Shown here in pieces: positions 48,929 through 60,430 of a stretch of DNA of 64,000 nt. The position numbers and the translations under genes are program-made. A model generated the notes under the pieces. The model saw only the letters and a list, made by a program, of their open reading frames with translations. It had not been told where the DNA came from and ran no database searches. Location of the stretch: positions 231,324,001 to 231,388,000 of the forward strand of contig NC_058368.1 in assembly GCF_018350175.1 (NCBI RefSeq), given 5' to 3'. The stretch is from Felis catus. Taxonomy: Eukaryota. Each line of letters opens with the position of its first letter. The first letter of the stretch is position 1.

Positions 48929-49302
48929 TTTCTTTCTTCCTTTTTATTTATTTGTTTATTTAATTACTTTTAATGTTTATTTTTAATATTTATTTATTTT
49001 AAATTTACATCCAGGTTAGTTAGCATACAAGTGCGATAATGTGTTCAGGAGTAGATTCTAGTGATTCATCCCCGTAACACCCAGTGCTCGTCCCAGCGGT
49101 GCCCTCCAGTTAGCCCGTCCCACCCCCAGCCACGACCCCTCCGGCAACCCTCAGTTGGTTCTCTGTGTTTAAGAGTCTCTTCTGTTTTGTCCCCCCTCTG
49201 TGTTTTTGTATTATTTTTGCTTCCCTTTTCTTATGTTCATCTGTTTTGTATCTTAAATTCCTCACGCGAGTGAAGTCAGATGATATTTGTCTTTCTCTGA
49301 CT
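48929..49302 (-). mobile_element. 5'-truncated felid/carnivore L1 3' end
   Basis: aatttacatccaggttagttagcata...ggagtagattctagtgattcatc...caaccctcagttggttctctgtgtttaagagtctc. Degenerate TSD aagggccttattttc / aagggaccgtattttt. Confidence 0.85.
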
Positions 49303-49389
49303 GAAGGGACCGTATTTTTCAAATCAAGTCGCGCTCACAGGTCCCTGGGGGTTAGGACTTGAACACATTTATTTAAATTTTTAACAAGA

Positions 49390-49613
49390 AGTGTTCATTT
49401 ATTTATTTTGAGAGAGAGAGAGAGGGCAAGTGCATGCACACACACGTAAGCAGGGGAAGGGCAGAGAGAGAGGGAGACAGGATCCCAAGCAGGCTCCACG
49501 TTGACAGCACAGAGCCTGATGTGGGGCAGGTGCCATCTCACAAACAGTGAGATCATGACCTGAGCCGAAATCAAGAGCCGAATGCTTAACCAACTGAGCC
49601 ACCCAGGCGCCCC
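49390..49613 (-). mobile_element. SINEC SINE
   Basis: Full-length body and head. Confidence 0.93.
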
Positions 49614-51019
49614 GGACATATCTTGTTTAAAGGATGCAGTTCAGCCCATATCGGTATGGAGTCTTCAGATTAGAAACTGCTTCTGTGATTTTGAATGAAT
49701 GGCGTCGGGTCCTTCCAGCCAGCATCATGATGCTCAGCTGTCGCAGCTGCGGCCTGTCCCCTGGCGGGCTGAGAGCCTGGGGGTGGGGAGGACCATGTCC
49801 CACTGTCTCCCGCAGCCAGCTGTGGGCCCCGGGCTTGCACCCTGGGCTGCTCTCCATGGATCTGTTGGAGACTGAACAAATGGCACCAGGAGGCTGGCTG
49901 CAATCCGCCCAAGGGACGGAGCTGGAAGTCAGGCCCGAAATAAAAGAATGCCAGCTTGGGGCCCCCTTCTGTGATTCTGTAAGTGCCTGTCACGGAAAAT
50001 ATATAAAAGTGAGGGAAGGTTGGGTTCATTTCTGGGTAGTAGTGAAAAACTCCCCCTGTTTACTGGCTGCTGGAGCCACGTTCATGATACATAATGGATT
50101 TTGGTTCAAAAGGAAATTGCCAATTTACCCTATAGGAACTCTGAAAGTTTTATTAAGAAACACTCCAAGCAAGTGTGGGCTCTCGATGTGTGTGTTTGGG
50201 GGGGAGGTGGGCGGTGGAGAAGGTGATGCTGTGACAGGACAGAAATAGAGGAAATTAGGTGGAGAGGGCAAGCAAGCTGCCAGAGGGAAAATTCTGGAAG
50301 GCCTTGGCTCCCCCTTCATGCTGAGAGAAAGCAGGAGGCAGCAGCTCCTGGCGGGCCTGTCGATCAGAAGTTGGACACGTGGAAGGCTGTGTACTTAAAA
50401 CTCATTTTACTTGACAGAAAATAAGATGCTGAGAGGCAGTCCCCGATCTGGCTGCTGGTTGTAGGTGAGGTCGCTGTGCTGCAGAAGTCCATCGACGCAG
50501 CCAGGCAGAGTTTCTGGTGGGGCGAAGGGGCTAGGAGCCGTGCTGCCCTCCCTTGGGTACGGAGAACAGGTGTGCTCTAAGGTGAGGCTTCCCCGAGCCT
50601 TTCCACAAGTCTTAATGGAACGTTCTGTAGACAGTTCACTGAGCTGAGGGATGGGAATTTGGTGCTGGATAAGACATAGCCTGTAGCATTAATGCTTTCA
50701 GTCTTGGCAAGAAGCTGTTGGAGTTCACAGCCCATTAAAAGCAGAGCAGAGGGATGTGATGGAGAGACTCTGGTGCAGAGCGGAGGGCAGGCCCAGGAAG
50801 GCTTCCTGGGAGAGGGGACGTCTCCAGCGAGTTCGCAGAAACTGGGGAAGGGAAGGGTTTACCAGCATCAGAATGGTGCATCCGGAGTGTCAAAATGGCA
50901 GACGTGGAGTGTGGATTGTGTCTGCACCTCTTCTCGCTGCAATCATTCTGGATGGGAGACTCCGCTCCACTTTACCGCTGATCTAGATACTTCTTTCATG
51001 ATGGCGTTTGACGATTAAG

Positions 51020-51770
51020 TGAAAAGTCCTACAGATATGCTGAGTGAAAGGAGCCAGTCACAAAAACTCGCATTTTCTGTGACACTCTGGTGTTTGTCAG
51101 GGTTCTCCAGGCGGACGGAACCAATGTGAGTGGGTGTGTGTTGTGTGTGTGTGTGCGCGGGTGTAGGAGAGAGTGTGTGTGTATCTTAAAATTTATTTAT
51201 TGTAAGGATTTTGTGCGCATGGTGGTGGAATCTCGGCAAGTCCAAAATCGGCATGGTGGGCCGGCAGGCTTGAGATCTGGGAAAGAGTTGCAGTTCACGT
51301 CCAAAGGCCATCTTCCCAGGGAAGGTTCTTCTTGCTCAGGGGAGATCAGTCTTTTTTCCATTAAGGCCTTTAACTGGTTGGATGGGGCCCACCCACATCA
51401 TGGAGGCTAATCTGCTTTACTCAAAGTCTACTGGGTTAAAAGTTACTCCCTCCTAAAAACTACCTTCACAGAAACATCTAGAATAACATCTGGGTACCAT
51501 GGCCTGGCCAAGTCGACACCTAAAATCGACTGTCCGAACCATGCATACGAAATGTCCAGAATTGGCAGATTTCAAGTGGTTGCCATGGGCTGGGGCGAGA
51601 GGGGATGGTGAGTGGCTGCTGATAGGGTACAGGTTCCTCTTGGGGTAATGAAACCGTTACACGTTTACGTGTAACATTTCTGCAAGTAAAGTAAAAACCA
51701 TGGACTTGTACACCGTGAATGATGAACTTCATGGTAGGTACATTATATTTCAATAAAGTTGTTTTTTGTA
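51020..51770 (+). mobile_element. L1 3' end (L1ME/MB-like) split by an MLT2 LTR
   Basis: atgctgagtgaaaggagccagtcacaaaaa before the LTR. After it: aaatgtccagaattggcaga...gtggttgcca...ttatatttcaataaagttg. Confidence 0.7.
51090..51536 (-). mobile_element. MLT2 (ERV-L) solo LTR
   Basis: gtcagggttctccaggcggacggaaccaat...taatctgctttactcaaagtctactg...ggccaagtcgacacctaaaatcgac. Confidence 0.85.
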
Positions 51771-51896
51771 AAATCATGTTATAGTTGGAAAGAGCAGCCC
51801 GGGCTTCCAGAAGGGGCCTGCCGCTCACAGCCGGGCCTGCTCCTCTCCTGTAGAGCATACGCAATCTCACAGAACCCCAGCCTCAGACAGGGGTCC

Positions 51897-52532
51897 TCTG
51901 AGGCTGTGAAAACATGAGAGTCAGCAAGTCCCTTCATAATTTTGTCTAAGCACAGATAAAAACATGACCACCGTGCCACCCACCCCTTCAGCCAAGATGA
52001 GTGACTGCTGTTTTACCAATTACAACTTTAATTTTTTTTTTAATGTTTATTTATTATTTTGAGAGAGAGAGCACGAGCAGAGGGCAGGCAGAGAGAGAGG
52101 GAGACACAGAATCTGAAGCAGGCTCCAGGCTCCGAGCTGTCAGCACAGAGCCCGATGCAGGGCTCGAATTCATGGACCGTGGGATCATGACTTGGGCCGA
52201 GGTCGGACACTTAACCGACTGAGCCACCCAGGCGCCCCACCAGTGACAACTTTAATTGGCGGTCCTCCCTCAGATAAGATGGATGGAGATGCCCGATCAT
52301 AGACTTGCCCCTCTTTCCGACAGCATCTGATCTAGAGCGAACCCCTCCTTTGCATCCTCATGCAAATCACCACATCAAAGTCCAAGTCCAGCAGTGGGTT
52401 CTTGCTAGCACCCTCTCTCTGAAGTCCCTTCCCCCTCTCGAATTCCCCACGGAGTGTGGTCTCCCTTAGCACGATGAGTAACAATTACAACTTGTTCAGC
52501 TGCAGATGGCTTTTGGCTGGAGGGCAGTGACA
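51897..52532 (+). mobile_element. Probable ERV1-class solo LTR interrupted by a SINE
   Basis: ttttgtctaagcacagataaaaacatgacc...gtgtggtctccc...ttggctggagggcagtgaca. The family is uncertain. Confidence 0.45.
52033..52238 (-). mobile_element. SINEC_Fc-type SINE
   Basis: Full length. TSD core acaactttaatt. Confidence 0.95.
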
Positions 52533-52689
52533 CTGCAGCACACAAAATACATGAACATAAAAATAAAAAATGAACTAAAGAGAAAATATGAAGTATTTAA
52601 AAATAGCTTCTGTATTTATGAATGATCCTGAAATTGTCTGTACCTTTCTTTCTGCCCTTATTAAAATACATGAAGAAATTTTAATAATA

Positions 52690-52900
52690 GGAGCACCTGG
52701 GTGGCCCAGTCGGTTGAGCGTCCGACTTCAGCCCAGGTCATGATCTTGCTCATGGGTTTGAGCCCCAGGTCAGTCTCTGTGCTGACAGCTCAGAGCCTGG
52801 AACCTGCTTCGGATTCTGTGTCTCCCTCTCTCTCTGCCCCTCCCCCACTCACACTCTGTCTCTCTCTCAAAATAAATAAACATTAACAAATTAAAACAAA
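52690..52900 (+). mobile_element. SINEC_Fc-type SINE hosting the next insertion
   Basis: Head ggagcacctgggtggcccagtcgg. TSD aaattttaataatagga at about 52676 and 53131. Confidence 0.93.
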
Positions 52901-53125
52901 TTTTTTTTTTTTTTGAAAATTTCAACGTTTATTTATTTTTGGGACAGAGAGAGACAGAGCATGAACGGGCGAGGGGCAGAGAGAGAGGGAGACACAGAAT
53001 CGGAAACAGGCTCCAGGCTCTGAGCCATCAGCCCAGAGCCCGATGCGGGGCTCGAACTCACGGACCGCGAGATCGTGACCTGGCTGAAGTCGGACGCTTA
53101 ACCGACTGCGCCACCCAGGCGCCCC
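52901..53125 (-). mobile_element. Young SINEC_Fc inserted antisense into the tail of the previous SINE
   Basis: TSD aaaacaaatttt at about 52893 and 53126. Confidence 0.95.
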
Positions 53126-53605
53126 AAAACAAATTTTAATAATAGGAATATGATCAAGCACGCTTTATTAACAAATCTTGTTTAATCTGTTGTGATTTAG
53201 TGGTCTGATGACTCAGTTCTAAGTGTAGCTTATTTTCATATGGGTTTTAATGCTGTCTTAGCTGAGGGTAGTGCCTCGCAAATATATATAGATCCATACG
53301 GTTGTGTCTACTGGACCATGAAACTCAGTTGTTGGGTTTTTTTTTGAAATTTTTCTTTTATTGAACTTTGTCTATCTAATCTGCTAATTTTTTAAAAATA
53401 GAAAATGAAAAACAATTACAGTAAAAAGGGAAAAAGTTATGGATTCGTACTAGAAGAATTCCGTTAATACAGTACTAAGAAAAAGAGAAAACACAGTAGT
53501 GGTTTTTGCAGTGTCAAATACTCACATCGAAGTTTTTGTTTTTAAGCCTTAACTTCTGCAAATGTGTCCATGACTTTTTCAAAATTTGATCTCGGCATAT
53601 TTGTA

Positions 53606-53730
53606 CTTATTTATTTATTTATTTCAAAGATTTTGTTTTCAAGTCATCTCTACACCCACCGTGGGGCTCGAACCCCCCATCTCGAGATCAAGAGCTGCAC
53701 GCTTCCCCGGCTGAGCCAGCCAGGTACCCC
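53606..53730 (-). mobile_element. Short-form SINEC
   Basis: TSD ggcatatttgta at 53594-53605 and 53731-53742. Confidence 0.88.
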
Positions 53731-56002
53731 GGCATATTTGTATTTAATACACAGTAAAGCCAGCTTTGTTAATCTGTTTTCATTTGTTCTTGAAGACTGC
53801 CTTTTTATCACTTAATCATATGAAGAAGGAAAAGTCATGTTTGAGATGTTAATGGATAAGTTTGGCAAAGATTCGTAAAAATCCCATTTTACACTAACTT
53901 TCAGAAATTGGGTTCATGGCTTTGATGAAACTCATTTTCCAAATCCCACCCACCAGTTATGCAATTTAAAACATATGGAATCCAAATCCACTGAAAATAC
54001 TCATTTGGAGTCTTTTAAACAGATTAGAAAATTCTGTTTTAAGTGTGCAGTTATGAGAATTTAATAGAGGACATATCTTGTTTTGGGCAGCAAAGTCATG
54101 TAATACTGAAAACATTTCCATGTGTCTGTGTTCGGAAGCTCTCTGTATAACATTACTCTCTTGCATACTCATATTAAATGTTACTTTTTCTTTGAAGGGA
54201 CAGATGGAGTGTCTGTGTTTTCACAAGTATTTGTACGATAGAAGAATACTTACCAGTTGTCTTAAAAAAAAAAAAAAAAAGTCAAGCCGATTTGGAAACC
54301 TTATTGTTTTGGTGCAAGTGAAGTGTAACTAACCTCTTTCTACTTGACAACGGTTGGAAGCACCTTGCCTTCTTTACTCATAAATCTCTGCGAGGTGACA
54401 GAAGTATTCGTGGTCTCTCACTTCATTACATATTGTGCTATTTAAAGGAATATAATCTGCACACCTCTGTAATGGGCAAAGGTAGGTGCAGTATACCACC
54501 AGACGCTGAACACGAACCCTCACGTGGGGGCGCCACCAAGACCTCCCCACGTGGCCCAGATGACCCTGGTGATTGGTTGTCACACGGACCTGGTGGGTGA
54601 CCCAGCGCACACTGTGTGGCCTCAAGCAACTCACTCGTTTCCTGGCCTCAGTTCTGTAAATTGAGGACAATCACAGCCCCGGTGGCTCAGGGGCTGCTGC
54701 GTGGATGAAATGGGCGAGGAGAAAACCCATCAAGTAAGCACATCCTGAATGTTGGTTTTCGTGGTTCTTTAGAGGCGAGAGACTGGAGTAGAGACAGTGC
54801 AGCGAGCAGGGGGGCCCAGGGGAGGTGCGGCTAATATTGGGCTGGGTGATGGAGTTCCTTTTGCTTCCTGGTGGTGTGGCGTTTGACTGGGTCCTCGAGG
54901 TGGGACCCTTTAGTGGGTGGGAATCGAGAGGTGCCTTCCTGGTGGGGAGTCACAGCAGAAGAAGGAATCCAAGTGGAGAATGTAGGCTGCCCTGGGGCAG
55001 CAGGGGGGGCAGTCTTGATCGGGGTGGTGGGGGGCTGGGGGGCTGGGGGCGTGGATGGGGCCATGGTCTCCCAGCAGAGGCTGAGATCAGCTAGGAGTCA
55101 TAGTCCCTCCGTGGGAGTCTGTCTCCCACAGTGTTCCTGGGCCTCATGCATTCTGGTAGGTTGGGTTCAACTCGTCTGGGCCCACAGGCGGGGGTGAGGG
55201 GATTGCTCTGCCCATTCCTCCTTCCCTCGCATCTGCCCTTTGCCTGTGCCCTTGCATTGGTTTGATTTGTCTGTAAGGGCTTGGTTGCTTAGAAAGGGAT
55301 GCTGAATAATGATCTTTGAATTATTAATGATTTCAGCATTTTGTAATTAAAATGCTCATTTTCTCCATGAATTTTAAGCGCACATATATCACAAATACAG
55401 ACAGAATCTATTTTAATGAATAACATTAAAACACTCAGTTCCAAGTAATGAGGTTATTTCCACATCTTGGCTGATAGTCCATATTTGATTCATTCATTTA
55501 TTTATCCATTCACTCACTAAATATTTTTGCCCCCCCTCCATGGGCAAAGTATTAATACAGCTTTGCAAATGTGGCTTCCATAAATTACGATGAAACAAAT
55601 TCTCTATGCCCGAGTAGCACCCAATCCATCTTCTGGAAGATATTTTTTGGCTAGGTATTTCATGATAAGACCTAGCTTGGAGCACACCTGTTTGCTGCAA
55701 AATAGGGCTGACTATTTAGGACAATATTCTGGTGTGAAAGAGGAAGTTTCCCAGGGCATGGCCAGGAGGGTCAGAGGGAACAATACGTTACTTTGTGTAA
55801 ATCAAGTCACGTGATTTTAAGGCTTCCCAGAGCCTGAGACGGATGGCGGAGAGGAGACCAGAAATGTGAGGAAGTCTTAGGGCAGATGATATTTTCCACA
55901 GATGGGCCCCCGCAACATCTCCCACTGCCCAGGCTCTTGCATCAAGAGGTGAATCTATGTTCCTCCGCTGGGCTCTGGGTGGCCTTTGTGATCGCTTCAA
56001 AG

Positions 56003-56265
56003 CTGCTATAAACATCCAGGTTGAGGTCTTTGTGGGGATAGAAGTTTTCTGTTCCTTGGGGTAGATAAATACCAAGGTGTGTGGTCGCTAGATCTCACGG
56101 TAAAAATATGTTTACTCCTAGAAGAAGCCGCCCAGCTGTCTTTCAAAACACTACACCATGTTGCATTCCCACCAGCAGTGAATAAGCGTTCCTGTTGCTC
56201 CACGCCCTCACCAGCATTTGGTGTCGTCTGTTCCCGACTGGTGCCATTCTGATAGTTGTGCACCG
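56003..56265 (-). mobile_element. L1 3' fragment
   Basis: gctgctataaacatcc...ttgcattcccaccagcagtgaataagcgttcctgttgctccac...ccagcatttggtgtcgtc. Confidence 0.8.
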
Positions 56266-56744
56266 GAAAATGTGTTTTACTACTTAGTTTTCAGGGGTTT
56301 GTTAATGGCAGTGTGACCGGAGATAGCAAGTGGGAAAGCTGGTGGAGGGCGTGTTAGGGAGCAGGGCAGCCTTGTAGGCAGCTAGAGCCGAGCCCCACGT
56401 GGGTTCTCTGGGAGGCTGTGTGTCGGAACCCCTCGGGAGGATGACGCTGGGCACGTGTCTCCTGTTCCCATTCCTGTTGGGGGGTATTGTGTTGGAATGT
56501 CCCCTGAGCAGCTCCTCCTCTTCCCTGTGCTCTGCGTGAGCTCTCCAGCAACCAGGGAGAAGCCCGGACACAGGGACATGCAGCTGGGGGCAGCAGCTGT
56601 GGCTGATGTGGGACCATCTCCTGGATGGGCCATGTTGCTGGGGCAGGAACCAGTGGCACTTCTTACTGGGCTGCAGGAGCAGGTCTCAAGTCACTGCCTG
56701 TCCTTACCCACATGCATGATACGGGGCACAATATTTAAGCTCTC

Positions 56745-57221
56745 TGTATTGGTTAGAGTCCCCAGGAGTAACAAATGGCGTCTTCTGTTAGGATAAATTG
56801 AGGTTTTAATTACAAGGGACTTGTTACAAAGTCATAGCAGGTTTCGGGGGAACCATGGCATAATTCAGGGACCAGGGCTTACAACAGAGGAACGATTGCC
56901 ATTCAAGGATGAGGGAAGGAGAGCTTATCGAGACCCAGAAGGAGGGATTACAGTTGTAGCAAGCCACCTTGAGAGGAACAATGACGTTCTGTGGGACTTA
57001 CCAGTCCAGGGTGTCCTCGGTGAGGAACCAGAGAATAAACACCTTGATTCACTCTCTCCTTCCTCCTTCTCCTGGGGCTCTCATGGGCTGAACCCAACTG
57101 GAAGCCAGACTTCTCTAGGGACCTGATATAGAGTATAATCAGCCCAGCATCCTGGGGCACAGACCAGGGTGGAGGAGGGTGGAGACAGACCCAGAAGAGC
57201 AAATGGAAAGATCTGGCCCCA
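56745..57221 (-). mobile_element. ERV-L class 3' LTR (LTR33/LTR41-like)
   Basis: The minus strand begins tggggccagatctttccatttgctc...tctccaccctcctccaccctggtctgtgccccaggatgctg and ends ...ctaaccaataca. It is preceded on the minus strand by a polypurine tract (57222-57240, gaaggagaggaagggaagc). Confidence 0.7.
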
Positions 57222-57411
57222 GCTTCCCTTCCTCTCCTTCTGGTTGAGGGGCCCACATGCCCAGGAGAGGGAAGGTATGAAGTCCCACCAGCTACTCTCA
57301 TGCAAGGTGACAGTGATGTTGATTTGCTCATATTTCCATGTGAAATTTGCATCATTAGCCAAGTCTGTGTGCTTCACATAAGGAAAATAGAAGTGGGGCA
57401 GTCATTAAAGA

Positions 57412-57751
57412 CTAGGACTGGAAACCCAGCTGCTACAATTCCCAATTTGGTGGCTGCTCAGGGAGCCTGGAGAGTCATCTTTTCCCACCACCCATTCTTT
57501 AGTTCCCTGTACTGGATGGATTCTTTACTTGGTGAGGTGACCACACCTTCGTTCTTGTGGGATATGAGATCTTGGTGACTTTTCTGCAGTTTCATGTTGA
57601 CCAGGAATGGGGGGCAAGGAAGAAAAGAGAGGTATCCCAACAAATCCTCCAGGCTTCAAAGTCCTTTTTGAAACCACCCCTCTCCTTTTCTACTGGACCC
57701 CTACTCTATTGACTCATTGGCATGAAGAGGCCAAAATAGACTCCTAGGAGG
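57412..57751 (+). repeat. 340-bp direct repeat, copy 1
   Basis: Matches 58875-59219 with 6 substitutions and a G6/G11 run difference, counted by eye. Confidence 0.97.
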
Positions 57752-58874
57752 GCTCAGCTTCCTGTTGATCCATGCCTGTTTTCTGCTTTGGTCATGGTTC
57801 TGCTCATGACCAAAAGTTACTGGCATGGGGACAGAACTTCTTGTGTGTTACCAGCTAGAATAATAAGAGGGGCCACTCCCATCTCCACTCCTCATCTCCC
57901 TGGCCTGTGTTCCTGGCCATGGGGGAAGATCACACCATATGTGGATCACTGGTTCAATCCTTAAACTTTAAGGCAGACATTGTACCCTATAACCTTATAG
58001 ATGTTTGCTTCCACCTGGGGCTTTTAGCACACCATTCCATCATTCTGTCAAGCCAACTGCTTCTGGGCAATAGGCATGTGGTAAACTCAGAGGATTCTAT
58101 AAGCATGAGACCACCGAATCACTTCCCTTATTGAAAATGTCCCTTAGTTGATGTTATGTGGATACCAGGGTGCTGGTTCAGGCATTCTGACATTCTGTAA
58201 ATCCACTAATGGTGAAGCTGACAGAAGTGCTGAGGGCAGGGAAAAAAGAAAGTCACACATGGAAGATGCGTTACCCTGTGAGGACAAGACATTGTCCCCT
58301 CTGTAAAGGGAGGAGTCCAATGTCATGAGCCTGCCACCAGGGAGCCAGTGGGTCCCCCTGGAAATGGTTCTGTAGGGAAATCTCAGTATTGTCCTCTGCG
58401 GTTGAAGGTTGGGCACTAAGCAGTGATGGTGGCCACATTTATCTTGGTGAGGGCAGCCATGCTATTGGGCTGTTGAGTCCATGTGTGGTATCCATCCTGG
58501 CCCCATGCCCAGGTCTTCCTGGCCACCTGTTACAGAGTGCCTCTTCCACTATGGCTGTCCTCTGGTGGGCATTTACATGGCACACAAATGAGTTTGCATC
58601 CTCAGAAGTCTGTCCACACAGCTTTCCCTACCTCGTTACCATCAGGTTTTCAAGTTTGTTCTCTCAGAGCCCCTCACTAGCTGGCCACCTCATTGGGCCC
58701 TGCTGCTCAGTCAGGGTATATTTACATCTTCAACTATTTGTCCTTCTACAGGAAAACCAGATGTGTCCCCTGAGGTTCTATCTAGAGGGAGGTTTCTCAT
58801 CCAGCATCTTTCAGAGCTGCTCTCCAGGTTAGCGGTCCTCTTCCTGGGCATACAGGTGACCATGCGATCCCACT

Positions 58875-59219
58875 CTAGGACTGGAAACCCAGCTGCTGTA
58901 ATTCCCAACTTGGTGGCTGCTCAGGGAGCCTGGAGAGTCATCTTTTCCCACCACCCATTCTTTAGTTCCCTGTACTGGATGGATTCTTTACCTGGTGAGG
59001 TGACCACACCTTTGTTCTTGTGGGATATGAGATCTTGGTGACTTTTCTGCAGTTTCATGCTGACCAGGAATGGGGGGGGGGGCAAGGAAGAAAAGAGAGG
59101 TATCCCAACAAATCCTCCAGGCTTCAAAGTCCTTTTTGAAACCACCCCTCTCCTTTTCTACTGGACCCCTACTCTATTGACTCATTGGCATGAAGAGGCC
59201 AAAATAGACTCCTAGGAGG
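58875..59219 (+). repeat. 340-bp direct repeat, copy 2
   Basis: Runs ctaggactggaaaccc...aaaatagactcctaggagg and is followed by a second ctcctaggaggt 12-mer. Confidence 0.97.
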
Positions 59220-60009
59220 TCTCCTAGGAGGTAGGATCGTACTCTTTCCACCTTCCATAGTATGGGGTGACGGAGGGGATAAAGCAGTCAGAGCCAGCAG
59301 CTTGGGGGTCTAAACCACCTCCTTGCAGTTCCCTTATCTGTCCCACACCTGCTCGCAACTGCTCTCCATGTACCATTTCCATTTTATAATGAAATGCTTT
59401 TGTGCACATTCAGTTGTGCGTCTTCATGATGGGCTGGTAGATGAGAAGATACCCAGTTCTGTTCACGCTGTGCCTGTGTCTCGTGGTCAGGCTTCCTGTT
59501 TCTCCCAGGGCCAGGTCGGAAAGGAGCTGCTTGCCCAGTGGAGATGGTTGCTGACGGAGGGAGGCAGCGCCTTACTCCTGCACCCCAAGTGTCTGTGCTG
59601 TGAATCTCCTGTTGGAGCCGCTCAGAGGCTTCACACACCATCCCTGTGCTGCAGACACTTCCAGTGTCATTGGGTCAAGTAGTCACAAGGTCCAAGGCCA
59701 GGGCAGTGCTCGCTGCTGTGTCAGTCCGCCGCGCAGCCCTTCCTTGCTGTAGGCGGTGTTCGTAGCCGGCACCTTCTGGGTTGACAGGATTACTTTCTGG
59801 GTTATATGGCTAGAGAAGCATTTTAAATGTGGTTTATCTTGCCTTCTAAGTCCGAGGTTTTTCATGGTGGGGAGTGTAAAGGCGACCGCTTGCTTCTCAT
59901 TGCAGAGGAAGTCTCCTGCCCATTGAAGTCCTAGAAACGTCCTTGATGCGCTGGGCCCCTGAACTAGTGTGGGTTTGTCTCTCTCCTCTGGCACATGGGA
60001 GCACTAAGG

Positions 60010-60430
60010 CTTGCAGTAGAACGAAGAGTACCGAGATAAAGGTGGGGGGCGTGCTGGAGTTGGAAAATTATCATCTTACACCCATTAAAGATTGGTTCAG
60101 GCAAAAGTCATCAATGGGTCCTAACCCAGGGGGAAAGCCTCCAAGAGCAAGGTATCTGTGTGGTCCTACAGTGCCGCCCTGCAGACCGGTTGTAATTACA
60201 AGGGGAAGAAGAATAACTACCCAAGGGAGAAAATGGCACCACTTTGACCAGATGACAAAAAGCAACGTCACCACTGAGAAGATGTTGGGTGTCCTGGGCT
60301 TCCAGCTGTGAAGCCCTGAGAAGGACAGAGCATCGTTCCTGGAGTTTTCTGTCCTGGCTCGGCATAACCTGAATCTAACCCCGAGGGCCCATGGAGCAAA
60401 CCCAAAATGAGGTGGAGTCTATTAACAATA
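60010..60430 (+). mobile_element. Old L1 (L1MC/ME-like) 3' region
   Basis: aattacaaggggaagaagaataac...gagaaaatggcaccactttgaccagatgacaaaaagcaacgtcacca...cataacctgaatctaa...caaacccaaaatgagg. Confidence 0.55.

Larger units (their letters stand above)
48558..49653 (-). mobile_element. MLT1B/C LTR interrupted by an L1 3' fragment and a SINE
   Basis: Starts gtgttagtttcccagggctg and runs to cccaatgacctcattttaacttaatc. It resumes near 49303 (cacaggtccctgggggttaggacttgaac) and ends ggatgcagttcagcccata. Confidence 0.8.
57222..59995 (-). pseudogene. pol: Decayed ERV-L pol: RT C-terminus, tether, RNase H and integrase
   Basis: Minus-strand translation gives QGPSASRTFLGLQW (ERV-L QGPxTSVKFLGVQW), LGLRRQDKPHL (GFWRQHIPHL), SKALPPS, AQKHFIIKWKWY and an ALKD motif (RNase H region). 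Near 58500-58310 it gives HGCPHQD-frameshifted LTK..VAT..CPT, TISRG and WWQ..IGLLP (integrase). There are many stops and frameshifts. Confidence 0.85.

Noticed and set aside
49634..50248. 204-aa ORF
   Set aside because: It begins at the end of an MLT1 LTR. There is no recognisable homology or splice structure.
57787..57814. 10-bp inverted repeat tttggtcatg...catgaccaaa
   Set aside because: A short hairpin inside decayed ERV-L that could arise by chance. Its closeness to the end of repeat copy 1 is not enough to claim a link.
57412..59219. The 340-bp direct repeats read as LTRs of a new small retroelement
   Set aside because: There are no TG..CA termini, PBS, PPT or flanking TSD. The sequence between and around them is continuous ERV-L pol.
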